A stretch of 53,619 nt of DNA from Clostridiales bacterium (GCA_004557805.1 SFFS01000008.1:1-53619), one strand, 5' to 3'. Counted from the stretch's first letter, positions 18,782 through 27,478 are shown. Numbers and translations: made by a program. The notes: generated from the letters alone by a model not told the origin.

Positions 18782-20947
18782 ATGATTCTTGCTTTGATTC
18801 TTGCCCCGGTGCTGGCGGCGTTTGCGCTGAAGATTATCGGCGCGAAGAACGAACCGCTGCGCGACCGTCTCCTGCGCGTGTTCACGGCGCTGATGTTCGT
18901 GGGCGCGGCGTGGATGCTGGCGAAGGCCGCCCGGGAGGGCGAGCAGCTTCTGCGGCTGGAAGGCGTGTGCGGCCTGGGGATGAATTTCCGCGTGGACAGC
19001 TTCCGCGCGCTGTATGTGTGCGTGGCCTGCTTCATGTGGATGATGACGACGCTGCTGTCGGGCGAATATTTCGCGCATTATCATAACCGCAACCGCTATT
19101 ATTTCTTCCTGCTCGTAACGCTTACGGGCGTGATCGGCCTGTTTTATTCGGACGATCTGTACACTGGCTTCATTTTCTTCGAGGTCATGTCCATGGCCAG
19201 CTATCCGTGGGTAGCGCATGAAGAAACCCCGGCTGCGATGCGCGCGGCGCAGACGTATCTGGGCGTGGCCGTCCTCGGCGGCATGGTGACGCTGATGGGC
19301 ATCTTCATGGCGTATCACGAGCTGGGCGACGTTTCTTTCGGCGCGCTTCGCGCGGCCAGGGGAAATCCGGCGCTGAACGTTCCGGCGGGGCTGATCCTGT
19401 TCGGGTTCGCGGCGAAGGCCGGTATGTTCCCGATGCATATCTGGCTGCCCAAGGCGCACCCTGTGGCGCCCGCGCCGGCCAGCGCGCTGCTTTCCGGCAT
19501 GCTGACGAAAGCCGGTCTGTTCGGCGTGCTGGGGATCAGCATGAACCTGTATCTGGGCGACTTCACATACGGCTGCATCATGCTCTCGCTGGGCCTTGTG
19601 ACGATGCTCGTGGGCGCGGTGCTGGCGCTGTTTTCCACGAACCTCAAGCGCACGCTGGCCTGCTCGTCCATGTCGCAGATCGGCTATATCGTCACCGGCG
19701 TTTCGGCGGCGGTGCTGCTGGGGGAGGAGGGCTCGCTGCCCGCTTCCGGCGCGCTGACGCACATGGTGAACCATTCGCTGCTGAAGCTGGTGCTGTTCAT
19801 GGCGGCCGGCGTGGTGTTTATGAACATCCATGAGCTTGACCTGAACCGTATCCGCGGCTTCGGGCGCGGGAAGATCCTGCTGCACATTGCGTTCCTGCTG
19901 GGCGCGGTGGGGCTTGCGGGCGTGCCGCTTTTCAACGTATACATTTCCAAGACGATGATCCACGAGGGGCTTGTGGAGTATATCGAGCATCTGCGCGCGG
20001 CGGGCGGGAACTGGATGCCGTTCAACATTGGCGAGTGGGTGTTCCTGTTTGCGGCTGGGATTACCACGGGCTATATGCTCAAACTGTATATCTGCCTGTT
20101 CTGGCAGAAGAATCAGGACGCCGCCGTGCAGGCGCGCTACGACGCGCTCAACGGCAAATATATGAACGCGCGCTCGGCGTTCGCGCTGATGGCTTCGGCG
20201 GCGCTGATCCCCGTTTTCGGCGTTTTCGCCGAAAAAACGCAGATGTGGTTCGCGCGCATCAGCGCGTCGTTTTTGCAGGTGGAGCCCATCGGACATGTGC
20301 ATTTCTACAGCATGACCAACCTCAAGGGCGGCGCGATTACGCTGGTGATCGGCACGATCCTGTATCTGACGGTTGTGCGGCATTGGATGTATTCTGAAAA
20401 GGAAGGCTATATCGACCGCTGGCCCAGGGGGCTGGATCTGGAGGAGCTTGTTTACAGGCCGGTGTTCTGCCGCGCGCTGCCGGAGGTGGCGGGCTGGGTG
20501 TTCTCGGTGCTGGATAAGATTATCGAGAGCAAGCTGGTTTCGCAGTATCTGGCCGGGGCGGCCTGCGGCGTGTTCCGCACGCTCGACAGGGCGGTCGAGG
20601 GCAAGTTCGTGTCCGTGTTCCTGGCGGACGGCGCTGTGATGATCTTCCGCGCGCTTGACGAAATGGTGGATAAGATCGCGCTGTTCCTGCGCGAATTGCT
20701 GTTCGTCAGCCGCGCCGACATGCACCGCGAAAAGAGCCACAGCGTGTTCATTGCGGCGGCGTGCGCCGTGGCCGACGGCGTGTTCGCAGTAGCGAATTTC
20801 TTCAAGCCTGCGGGCAAAAAGCGCTCCGTCTACGACATGCGCTACGGCAACCGCATCATCAACTCGATTTCGTTCGGCCTGCTGCTGTGCGCGATGGGCC
20901 TTGTGGCCGCGGTGGTGTATGTGTTCACCAAGGCGGGAATGATCTGA
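18782..20947 (+). CDS. Proton-conducting transporter membrane subunit with a long C-terminal extension (NuoL/MrpA-like), paralog 4
   Basis: 721 aa with GMFPMHIWLPKAHPVAPAPASALLSGMLTKAGLFG, plus about 250 extra C-terminal residues containing amphipathic and TM helices. Confidence 0.9.
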   Translation: MILALILAPVLAAFALKIIGAKNEPLRDRLLRVFTALMFVGAAWMLAKAAREGEQLLRLEGVCGLGMNFRVDSFRALYVCVACFMWMMTTLLSGEYFAHYHNRNRYYFFLLVTLTGVIGLFYSDDLYTGFIFFEVMSMASYPWVAHEETPAAMRAAQTYLGVAVLGGMVTLMGIFMAYHELGDVSFGALRAARGNPALNVPAGLILFGFAAKAGMFPMHIWLPKAHPVAPAPASALLSGMLTKAGLFGVLGISMNLYLGDFTYGCIMLSLGLVTMLVGAVLALFSTNLKRTLACSSMSQIGYIVTGVSAAVLLGEEGSLPASGALTHMVNHSLLKLVLFMAAGVVFMNIHELDLNRIRGFGRGKILLHIAFLLGAVGLAGVPLFNVYISKTMIHEGLVEYIEHLRAAGGNWMPFNIGEWVFLFAAGITTGYMLKLYICLFWQKNQDAAVQARYDALNGKYMNARSAFALMASAALIPVFGVFAEKTQMWFARISASFLQVEPIGHVHFYSMTNLKGGAITLVIGTILYLTVVRHWMYSEKEGYIDRWPRGLDLEELVYRPVFCRALPEVAGWVFSVLDKIIESKLVSQYLAGAACGVFRTLDRAVEGKFVSVFLADGAVMIFRALDEMVDKIALFLRELLFVSRADMHREKSHSVFIAAACAVADGVFAVANFFKPAGKKRSVYDMRYGNRIINSISFGLLLCAMGLVAAVVYVFTKAGMI

Positions 20948-21017
20948 CGGCATATCTTTATGGGGCGCGAAGGCGCCCCGTTTTTTGTTATCCGCCTCAT
21001 AACGGGCATAACGCAAA

Positions 21018-21051
21018 AACTCCTCCGTATGACCGCGCATACGGAGGAGTT
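21018..21051. terminator. Bidirectional terminator between the convergent Mrp operon and murA
   Basis: 14-bp stem AACTCCTCCGTATG / CATACGGAGGAGTT with loop ACCGCG, followed by ACTGTTTTC. Confidence 0.75.
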
Positions 21052-21096
21052 ACTGTTTTCTGAATCGCTGCGGGCGGGAAACGCGCCGCTGCGAAA

Positions 21097-22359
21097 TCAG
21101 CGCTTAACGATTTGCGCGCCCAGTTCGCGCAGGCGCTCGTCGATGTTTTCGTAGCCGCGTTCGATATAGTGAATGTTGCTGATTTCCGTCTCGCCGTCGG
21201 CCATAAGCCCGGCGATAATCAGCGCGGCGCCCGCGCGCAGATCGCTTGCGGCGACGGACGCGCCGTGCAGGCGGATCACGCCGTCAATGGCCGCCGTGCG
21301 GCCTACGATATGCGCCCGCGCGCCCATCCTGCGCATTTCATCGAGGTGATGGAAGCGCGAATCGAAGATCGTCTCAGTGACGGTGCTTGTGCCGCGCGCG
21401 GTGGTCAGAAGCGCGCTCATCGGCTGCTGCAGGTCGGTCGGGAAGCCCGGATAGGCCTGTGTTTTGAAGCTGACCGCGCGGTGCGCGCCGTGCGAATAGA
21501 CGCGGATCATATCGTCGTAATCCTCCACGCGCGCGCCCATTTCCAGCAGCTTCGCCGTGAGCGATTCCATATGCGTGGGGATGCAGCCGTGAATCGTCAC
21601 GCAGCCGTGCGTGGCGGCGGCGGCGATCATCAGCGTGCCCGTCTCGATCTGATCGGGAATGACCGCGTAGGAGCAGCCGTGCATCCGGCTCACGCCGCGG
21701 ATGCGGATTACGTCCGTGCCCGCGCCGCGAATGTGCGCGCCCATGGCGTTGAGGAAGTTTGCCGTATCGACGATATGCGGCTCCTTGGCCGCGTTGTAGA
21801 TCATCGTGTTTCCCTGCGCGCGGCAGGCCGCCAGCATCACGTTGATGGTGCCGCCTACGGTCACGCAGTCCATGAAAATTTCGGCGCCCGTCAGGCTGCC
21901 GCGCGCGGTGATGAGCGGGCTTGCGTCGTCCACTTCCGCGCCCAGCGCGCGGAACCCCTTAACGTGCTGGTCGATCGGACGCGAACCGATGTCGCATCCG
22001 CCGGGATGCGCGATGGCTCCTTCGCCGGTCTTGCCCAGCAGCGCGCCGAGCAGATAATAGCTTGCGCGCATGCTGCGGCTCATCCCGTCGTCCGGATGTA
22101 CGCCGGTGAGGAAGCGCGGATCGATCACGACGGAGGAAGGACTCTCGCGCGTTATGCGCGCGCCGATGCCCTCCATCATGGCGAGCATCAGCCGCGTATC
22201 GGAAATATCGGGCAGGTTTTCAACGCGCACGGGGTCGTCGCAAAGAAGCGCCGCCGCAAGAATCGCCACGGAAGTGTTCTTTCCGCCGCGCACCTGTACG
22301 TCGCCCTCAAGCGGGACGCCCCCGCGAATATAAAACCTGCGTTCCGTCGTCGTCATCAT
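21097..22359 (-). CDS. murA: UDP-N-acetylglucosamine 1-carboxyvinyltransferase
   Basis: MMTTTERRFYIRGGVPLEGDVQVRGGKNTSVAILAAALL..., VENLPDISD and GGCDIGSRPIDQHVKGF (active-site Cys loop). The 62 codons upstream in the ORF are not MurA-like. Confidence 0.95.
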   Translation of the reverse strand: MMTTTERRFYIRGGVPLEGDVQVRGGKNTSVAILAAALLCDDPVRVENLPDISDTRLMLAMMEGIGARITRESPSSVVIDPRFLTGVHPDDGMSRSMRASYYLLGALLGKTGEGAIAHPGGCDIGSRPIDQHVKGFRALGAEVDDASPLITARGSLTGAEIFMDCVTVGGTINVMLAACRAQGNTMIYNAAKEPHIVDTANFLNAMGAHIRGAGTDVIRIRGVSRMHGCSYAVIPDQIETGTLMIAAAATHGCVTIHGCIPTHMESLTAKLLEMGARVEDYDDMIRVYSHGAHRAVSFKTQAYPGFPTDLQQPMSALLTTARGTSTVTETIFDSRFHHLDEMRRMGARAHIVGRTAAIDGVIRLHGASVAASDLRAGAALIIAGLMADGETEISNIHYIERGYENIDERLRELGAQIVKR

Positions 22360-22375
22360 ATGTTCTTCGGCCTCG

Positions 22376-22588
22376 TCAGCGGCTGTGTCCGGAGCATCCG
22401 CCGCAGCAGGAGCAGTTCCCGCTGCACCCGCCGGAAGAACCCGGCGCGCCGAAAAGGCACTTGCCTTCATAGGCGCGCTGCGCCTTTTTTCCGCAGTCGG
22501 GGCATTTCGCCTCTTCCGCATGCGAGAAGCTGACAAGCTCCTCAAACGTTTTCCCGCAGGAAGGGCAGCGATATTTCAGCAGCGGCAT
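22376..22588 (-). CDS. FmdB-family zinc-ribbon protein with a Gly/Cys/Ser-rich tail
   Basis: MPLLKYRCPSCGKTFEELV...AKCPDCG gives two CxxC pairs. The tail is GGCSGNCSCCGGCSG. The gene lies immediately upstream of murA on the same strand. Confidence 0.85.
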   Translation of the reverse strand: MPLLKYRCPSCGKTFEELVSFSHAEEAKCPDCGKKAQRAYEGKCLFGAPGSSGGCSGNCSCCGGCSGHSR

Positions 22589-22724
22589 TTGAAACCTCCG
22601 GTCAGGGAAATTTTCTCCAATAAATGATTATACACGATATGACGGAAAAGCGCAACATTTTAAGCGCACGAATTGCGCGGCGGCGTGTCTTTGCGCTATA
22701 ATAGCGGATATTGGAGGCGTGAAG

Positions 22725-23921
22725 ATGACGGAAAGACTATATTACGACCAGACGTATCTGCGGGCGTTCGACGCGGCCGCGCTGCAAATCGAAACGCGCG
22801 GCGACGGCGTATGGCTGCTGCTCGACCGCAGCGCGTTCTATCCTACCAGCGGCGGGCAGCCGTTCGATACGGGCGTTATCCGCTGGCAGGGCGGCGAGGC
22901 GCGCGTATGCGATGTTGAAGCCGACGCGCGCGGCGTATGGCACCGGCTTGAGGGCGGCTGTCCCGAGGCTGGCGTGCCGGTGCACGGCGAAATCGACTGG
23001 GCGCGCCGGTTCGATCATATGCAGCAGCACGGCGGCGAACATATGCTGGCCGGGGCGATCTGGCGGCTCTATCGCGGGCACACGATCGGGCTGCATCTGG
23101 GCGCGGAGGTATCGTCGATCGACGTGGAGCGCCCCGACGGAAGCACGCGCTTTACCGACGAGGAAATTGCGCGGCTGGAGGAAACCGTCAACGGATGGAT
23201 TCAGCAGGACGCGCCGTGCCGCTGCTGGTTTCCGTCGCCCGAGGAACTGAAAGCGCTGCCGCTGCGCAAGCCGCCCGCAGTGGCGGAACATGTGCGCGTG
23301 GTAGCGTTCGGCGATTTTGAAATGTGCGCCTGCGGCGGCACGCATCCATCGACGAGCGGCCAGGTGGGGCTTGTGAAGATTGTGGAGACGCTGCCGGCGC
23401 ACGGTAAGGCGCGGGTGGTTTTCGTGTGCGGCATGCGCGCGGTGCGTTATGCGCAGCGGATGTGCCTGGCGGCGCGCGATGCGGCGGCGCTCCTTTCCTG
23501 CGGCGCGGAGGAGCTTGCGCAGGCGGCCGCGCGGGTGAAGGAGCAGCTCGCGCAGGAGCACGCTGCGAAGAACGCTTTCCGGCGCGAAAGCGCCCTGAAA
23601 GACGTTCCCGCGATGCTGCAGAGCGCGCAGACGCTGCCGTGCGGAAGGGTGGTGCTGGCCGAACTGCGCGGCGCGAACCGCGACACGCTGCGCGACGTGG
23701 CAGCAAAGCTGATCGAGCAGCCGGACGTATGCGCGCTGCTGTGCGCGCCGGACGAGCCGGGCAGCCCGGTGCTGTTCGCGCGGGGAACGCAGGTTGCGGC
23801 CGATATGGGGCGGCTTCTGCGCGCGAGCGGCGCGAAGGGCGGCGGCAGGCCTGATTTTGCGCAGGGCGCGGGCGAACCCGCCTGCCTGATCCGGGCGCGC
23901 GACGCGCTCAGTCAAAGGTGA
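22725..23921 (+). CDS. alaX: Alanyl-tRNA editing protein (AlaX-L type, editing domain plus DHHA1-like C-terminus)
   Basis: YYDQTYLRAFDA..., DRSAFYPTSGGQPFDTG, HMQQHGGEHML and CACGGTHP (zinc-binding HxxxH/CxxxH motifs of the AlaRS editing domain). ATG 22725 lies 7 nt after GGAGG. Confidence 0.85.
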   Translation: MTERLYYDQTYLRAFDAAALQIETRGDGVWLLLDRSAFYPTSGGQPFDTGVIRWQGGEARVCDVEADARGVWHRLEGGCPEAGVPVHGEIDWARRFDHMQQHGGEHMLAGAIWRLYRGHTIGLHLGAEVSSIDVERPDGSTRFTDEEIARLEETVNGWIQQDAPCRCWFPSPEELKALPLRKPPAVAEHVRVVAFGDFEMCACGGTHPSTSGQVGLVKIVETLPAHGKARVVFVCGMRAVRYAQRMCLAARDAAALLSCGAEELAQAAARVKEQLAQEHAAKNAFRRESALKDVPAMLQSAQTLPCGRVVLAELRGANRDTLRDVAAKLIEQPDVCALLCAPDEPGSPVLFARGTQVAADMGRLLRASGAKGGGRPDFAQGAGEPACLIRARDALSQR

Positions 23922-24387
23922 AGAGCGATTTTTCGTAATCCTTCACGTAATAACGAATGCTTGCGCGGCCGCGGGCGACGATTTCATGCCCCTCGGCCGC
24001 GAGCTTTTCCCGCTGCGCCTGTACGCCGCCGGGGTATTTTTCGTTCAGCTCGCCGCCGGCCTTCAGCGTGCGCCAGTAGGGCGTTTCATCCGCACCGCGC
24101 TGCGCGCTGGCCCACGCGGCGATCGACACGAACACGCCCGCGGTGATCGGTTCGGTGAAGTCCGCGCCGTTTTGCAGCGCAAAGTATTCGCGGATCGCGC
24201 CTACCGTCGTCACGCGGCCGAAGGGCACGCGGCGCATGGCGTGGTCGTAATCGATGGGCGGAGCGAAATACATGCGGTTTCCGCCGTATTTTTCGATGCT
24301 GCGCGCGTCGGAGATGATCTGTATCCGGGGCATGTCCTTGCCGTCGTGCAGCATGGCGTTAAAATCCTTTGAGCTTTCGTTTGCCAT
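23908..24387 (-). CDS. MGMT-family (alkyltransferase-like) DNA-binding protein lacking the active-site Cys
   Basis: 159 aa. VPFGRVTTVGAIREYF... and TPYWRTLKAGGELNEKYPGG occupy the position of the PCHR motif. ATG 24387 follows GGGAGG. Its 3' end overlaps alaX by 14 nt (convergent). Confidence 0.7.
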   Translation of the reverse strand: MANESSKDFNAMLHDGKDMPRIQIISDARSIEKYGGNRMYFAPPIDYDHAMRRVPFGRVTTVGAIREYFALQNGADFTEPITAGVFVSIAAWASAQRGADETPYWRTLKAGGELNEKYPGGVQAQREKLAAEGHEIVARGRASIRYYVKDYEKSLFTFD

Positions 24388-24551
24388 TTGATTCGCCTCC
24401 CGTGAAAGAGCATAGCAGAGAAACCGGCCGGCTGCAATGAGACGATAAATTAAATTTTTCGCAAGGCCAAAACCCCTTGACATTTATTCCGTCCGGGAGT
24501 ATAAAGTTTGGTCGGATTCTATATAGGTTCATTTTGCGAGGAGGGTATTTC

Positions 24552-24896
24552 ATGCAGCTGTTTGTATACATCTCCAGCAATCCCGAAGTCGTTTCCCCGC
24601 TGATGTCGGAGCTTCTCTCCAAGGGCATTCACGGCGCAACCTCCGTCGATTGCAAGGGCATGCTGAAATCGATCAACGATTCCAGCGTCGAGCCGCCTCC
24701 GGTGTTCGGTTCGCTGCGCAAATTCATCAATCCGGACTATCAGTCCGGCAAGATGGTCTTTATCGTGCTCAAGGACGAGGAGATCCCGGTGGTGAAGGCG
24801 GCCGTGCATAAGATTTGCGGCGACCTGCGCTTGCCCAATACGGGCATTTTCTTCTCCGTACCGGTAATGAATTGGGAAGGAGTCTCCCACAGATAA
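24552..24896 (+). CDS. P-II-like small signalling protein (uncharacterised)
   Basis: 114 aa. The beta-alpha-beta/long-loop/beta-alpha-beta pattern (QLFVYISS / GIHGATSVDCKGM / KMVFIVLKDEEIPVVKAAV / GIFFSVPV) resembles the P-II fold. ATG follows GAGGAGGG, and the stop lies 1 nt before the antiporter start. Confidence 0.55.
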   Translation: MQLFVYISSNPEVVSPLMSELLSKGIHGATSVDCKGMLKSINDSSVEPPPVFGSLRKFINPDYQSGKMVFIVLKDEEIPVVKAAVHKICGDLRLPNTGIFFSVPVMNWEGVSHR

Positions 24897-24897
24897 C

Positions 24898-26073
24898 ATG
24901 CATACGCTGTTTTATCTCGGCATCGCGATGGTTGCCGGGCTGATTTTCTCGCGCATCGTCAAAAAAGTACGCCTGCCCAACGTGACGGGCTTTCTGGTGG
25001 CCGGCCTTCTGATCGGCCCGTGCTGCCTGAAGCTGGTGCCTTCCGAAGCGCTGGAGGGGCTGAATATCATTACCACCGTGGCGCTGGGGTTTATCGCCTT
25101 TTCCATCGGCGGCGAATTCCGCATCGCCAGCATCCGCGCTATCGGCAAGAACGTGATCATCATTACGCTCTTCCAGTCGCTGCTTGCGGCGGCGCTGGTT
25201 GATATTGTGCTGTGCGTGTGCGGGTTCAATACGTCGGAATCGATCATTCTCGGCGCGATCGCCACGGCGACAGCTCCGGCCGCCACGCTGATGGTTGTGC
25301 GGCAATATAAGGCTAAGGGTGAACTGACCAATACGCTTCTGCCTGTGGTAGCCATGGACGACGCAGTGGGTCTGGTGGTCTTTTCCGTTTCGAGCGCCGT
25401 TGCGTCGACGCTTTCGTCGGGCGGCCCGGTGAGCGTGTATTCTATGGCGGTCAAGCCGCTGATTGAAATCGTGCTTTCGCTCGTTTCCGGCAGCTTGCTG
25501 GGGCTGCTGATTTCGGTTTCAATGCGCTTTTTCCATTCCCGCTCCAACAAGCTGATGATCTGCATTGCGGGCGTTGTGCTGGGCGAAGCGGTGGCCAATC
25601 AGTTCGGGCTGTCCGATCTGCTGGTGTGCATGTCCGTGGGCGCGGTGTTCGCCAACCTGCGCGACGACGCGCTGGACGTGATGGATCTGTGCGACGGCTG
25701 GACCCCGCCGCTGTTCATGCTGTTCTTCGTCATCTCGGGCGCGGAGCTCGATCTGGCGGCGCTGCCGACGGTGGGCGTGCTCGGACTGATCTACATCGTC
25801 GTGCGTGCGCTGGGCAAGTATTTCGGCGCGTATCTGGGCGCTGTCGTCGTCAAGGCGAGCCCGAACATCCGCAGGTATCTGGGCATTACGCTGCTGCCGC
25901 AGGCGGGCGTGGCCATTGGTATGGCGCAGATGGCGCTGGCTACCATGCCCGAGTTCGGCGCGCGCATTCAGGCCGTCGTGCTTGCCGCGACGCTGATCTA
26001 CGAGCTGGTCGGCCCGGTCGCCACGAAGATCGCGCTGACGAAGGCCGGCGAAATTGCTCCCGCGAAAGCGTAA
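24898..26073 (+). CDS. Cation:proton antiporter (Na_H_Exchanger / CPA2-type membrane domain, no RCK domain)
   Basis: 391 aa and about 12 TM segments, with LPNVTGFLVAGLLIGP, GGEFRI and ATATAPAATL motifs. Confidence 0.88.
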   Translation: MHTLFYLGIAMVAGLIFSRIVKKVRLPNVTGFLVAGLLIGPCCLKLVPSEALEGLNIITTVALGFIAFSIGGEFRIASIRAIGKNVIIITLFQSLLAAALVDIVLCVCGFNTSESIILGAIATATAPAATLMVVRQYKAKGELTNTLLPVVAMDDAVGLVVFSVSSAVASTLSSGGPVSVYSMAVKPLIEIVLSLVSGSLLGLLISVSMRFFHSRSNKLMICIAGVVLGEAVANQFGLSDLLVCMSVGAVFANLRDDALDVMDLCDGWTPPLFMLFFVISGAELDLAALPTVGVLGLIYIVVRALGKYFGAYLGAVVVKASPNIRRYLGITLLPQAGVAIGMAQMALATMPEFGARIQAVVLAATLIYELVGPVATKIALTKAGEIAPAKA

Positions 26074-26088
26074 GGGCGGCGAAACGAA

Positions 26089-26128
26089 AACTCCTCCGTA
26101 TGGCTGCGGCCGCGCGGAGGAGTTTTTT
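26089..26128. terminator. Bidirectional terminator between the convergent antiporter and TetR genes
   Basis: AACTCCTCCG (26089-26098) pairs with CGGAGGAGTT (26115-26124), then TTTTTT. The left arm is identical over 16 nt to the terminator at 21018. Confidence 0.75.
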
Positions 26129-26178
26129 GTTTGGAAGGGAGCGGGGAAAATCGGGCGGCCCTGCCGCCCTGAAAACAA

Positions 26179-26739
26179 TTACGCCTCTTTCTCGCACCGC
26201 GCGATGGTTTCATCGAGCATACCGCGGCGGAGATGGGCGAGACGCTCGATGCGCGGCTGTAAATCGCCGCGCAGGTCGTCGTTGAGCCAGTCGATGAACA
26301 TGCCGTAGCACTGGCATTTATACAGCTGCGCGACGATGGCGCGATCCTCCGCACTGATGCGCCGCTCGCCGATGAACGCCGTGAGGAACGTTTCGACGAT
26401 ATACTGGCACTGCTGCATCAGGGAGCGCTCGTACATTTCGCGGTTGGGCGAGTTGTAGATGTGCAGAATGGCGCGGCGAAAGCGCAGAATTTTCTCCACG
26501 GCGGCGTACATGCCCGCTTCCAGCGAGGGGACGCTTGCGTTGTGCTGCATGAGCTGATCGGTCGTATCCTGAACGATCGCCTCCACCAGTGCGGGAATAT
26601 CTTCGAAGTGATAATAAAAGGTGTTGCGGTTGATGCCGCAATCCTCGACGATGTCCTTGATGGTGATCTTGTTCAGGGGCCGGGCGTCCAGCAGCTTCAG
26701 GAAGGATTCCATAATGGCCCTGCGGGTGAAGGAAGGCAT
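26179..26739 (-). CDS. TetR/AcrR family transcriptional regulator
   Basis: N-terminal HTH region FLKLLDARPLNKITIKDIVEDCGINRNTFYYHFEDIPALVE. The start lies 13 nt downstream of the alarmone-synthetase stop, with its own GGAGCG. Confidence 0.88.
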   Translation of the reverse strand: MPSFTRRAIMESFLKLLDARPLNKITIKDIVEDCGINRNTFYYHFEDIPALVEAIVQDTTDQLMQHNASVPSLEAGMYAAVEKILRFRRAILHIYNSPNREMYERSLMQQCQYIVETFLTAFIGERRISAEDRAIVAQLYKCQCYGMFIDWLNDDLRGDLQPRIERLAHLRRGMLDETIARCEKEA

Positions 26740-26752
26740 AAGTCCACGCTCC

Positions 26753-27478
26753 TTAATTCATGCTTCCCCAGACGTCGCTGGTTTCCACGCGGCGCTGGAT
26801 CTGCTCCATGCGCGCGTCGAGCTTTGCGCCCATTTCAGCGCATTCGAGCAGTTCGCCTGCGATTTCGTCGGTGATCTCCACGTCTTTTTTGTAGCGGATT
26901 TTATGTTCGAGGCTGGCCCACCAGTCCATCGAAATGGTGCGGAACTGCACCTCAACCTTCATCGGCTTTTTCTGATCGTGCAGGAAGATGGGCGTTTCCA
27001 CGATCAGATGCAGGCTGCGGTAGCCGTTCTCCTTCGGCTCTTTGATGTAATCCTTGCGGCGAATGAGCGTGATGTCGTCCTGCCGGAGAAAGGAATCGGC
27101 CAGCATGTAAATATCGGACGGGAACGAGCAGATGACCCGCACGCCCGCCACGTCGCTGAGGTTCTGTTCGATGCTCTCTACCGTCAGCGGCAGCTGCCGG
27201 CCGGTCAGCTTGTCGAGGATGCTGTCGGGCGATTTGAGCCGCGTCTTGACGGTTTCAATGGGGTTGTGGTCGTATTGCAGCGAGAACTCCTCGTTGAGCA
27301 CCTCGAACTTGGTGGAGACTTCCTTCATCGCGCAGCGGTAATAGGCCATCAGTTCGCGGTAGGGCTGCGCGTAGCGGCCCAGCCAGTTTTTTACCTCCTT
27401 GCTGGAAAGCCGCGAGAGAAGCACCTGCTCGAGCGAACGTCTGTTCAGATCCAGAAAAGACACGATTGCGAGTTTCAT
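26753..27478 (-). CDS. Small alarmone synthetase (RelP/RelQ-type GTP pyrophosphokinase)
   Basis: NPIETVKTRLKSPDSILDKL, DVAGVRVICSF, KENGYRSLHLIV and VEVQFRTISMDWWASLEHKIRYKK are RelA_SpoT synthetase motifs. There is no obvious Shine-Dalgarno sequence before ATG 27478. Confidence 0.88.
   Translation of the reverse strand: MKLAIVSFLDLNRRSLEQVLLSRLSSKEVKNWLGRYAQPYRELMAYYRCAMKEVSTKFEVLNEEFSLQYDHNPIETVKTRLKSPDSILDKLTGRQLPLTVESIEQNLSDVAGVRVICSFPSDIYMLADSFLRQDDITLIRRKDYIKEPKENGYRSLHLIVETPIFLHDQKKPMKVEVQFRTISMDWWASLEHKIRYKKDVEITDEIAGELLECAEMGAKLDARMEQIQRRVETSDVWGSMN

Noticed and set aside
15818-21040. A 1740-aa uninterrupted minus-strand ORF spanning four antiporter-subunit genes and their junctions.
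   Set aside because: It is the codon-aligned antisense frame of well-supported + strand genes, which all happen to share one reading frame. In that frame, stops arise only from sense TTA/CTA/TCA codons, which this high-GC genome avoids. The translation is Arg/His/Ala/Gly-rich low complexity with no recognisable domain and no Shine-Dalgarno sequence.
27359-27400. An AAGGAGG sequence inside the synthetase gene (codons K-E-V), considered as an alternative internal start signal.
   Set aside because: No ATG/GTG/TTG follows at a usable distance in frame, and the next in-frame ATG is about 40 nt away. It is a coincidental coding sequence.
26753-27478. Whether the alarmone synthetase with its small downstream gene could be a toxSAS toxin-antitoxin or defence module.
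   Set aside because: The synthetase carries the full housekeeping RelP/RelQ motif set and length. The downstream gene is a standard TetR regulator rather than a small antitoxin, and no phage or defence context surrounds it.
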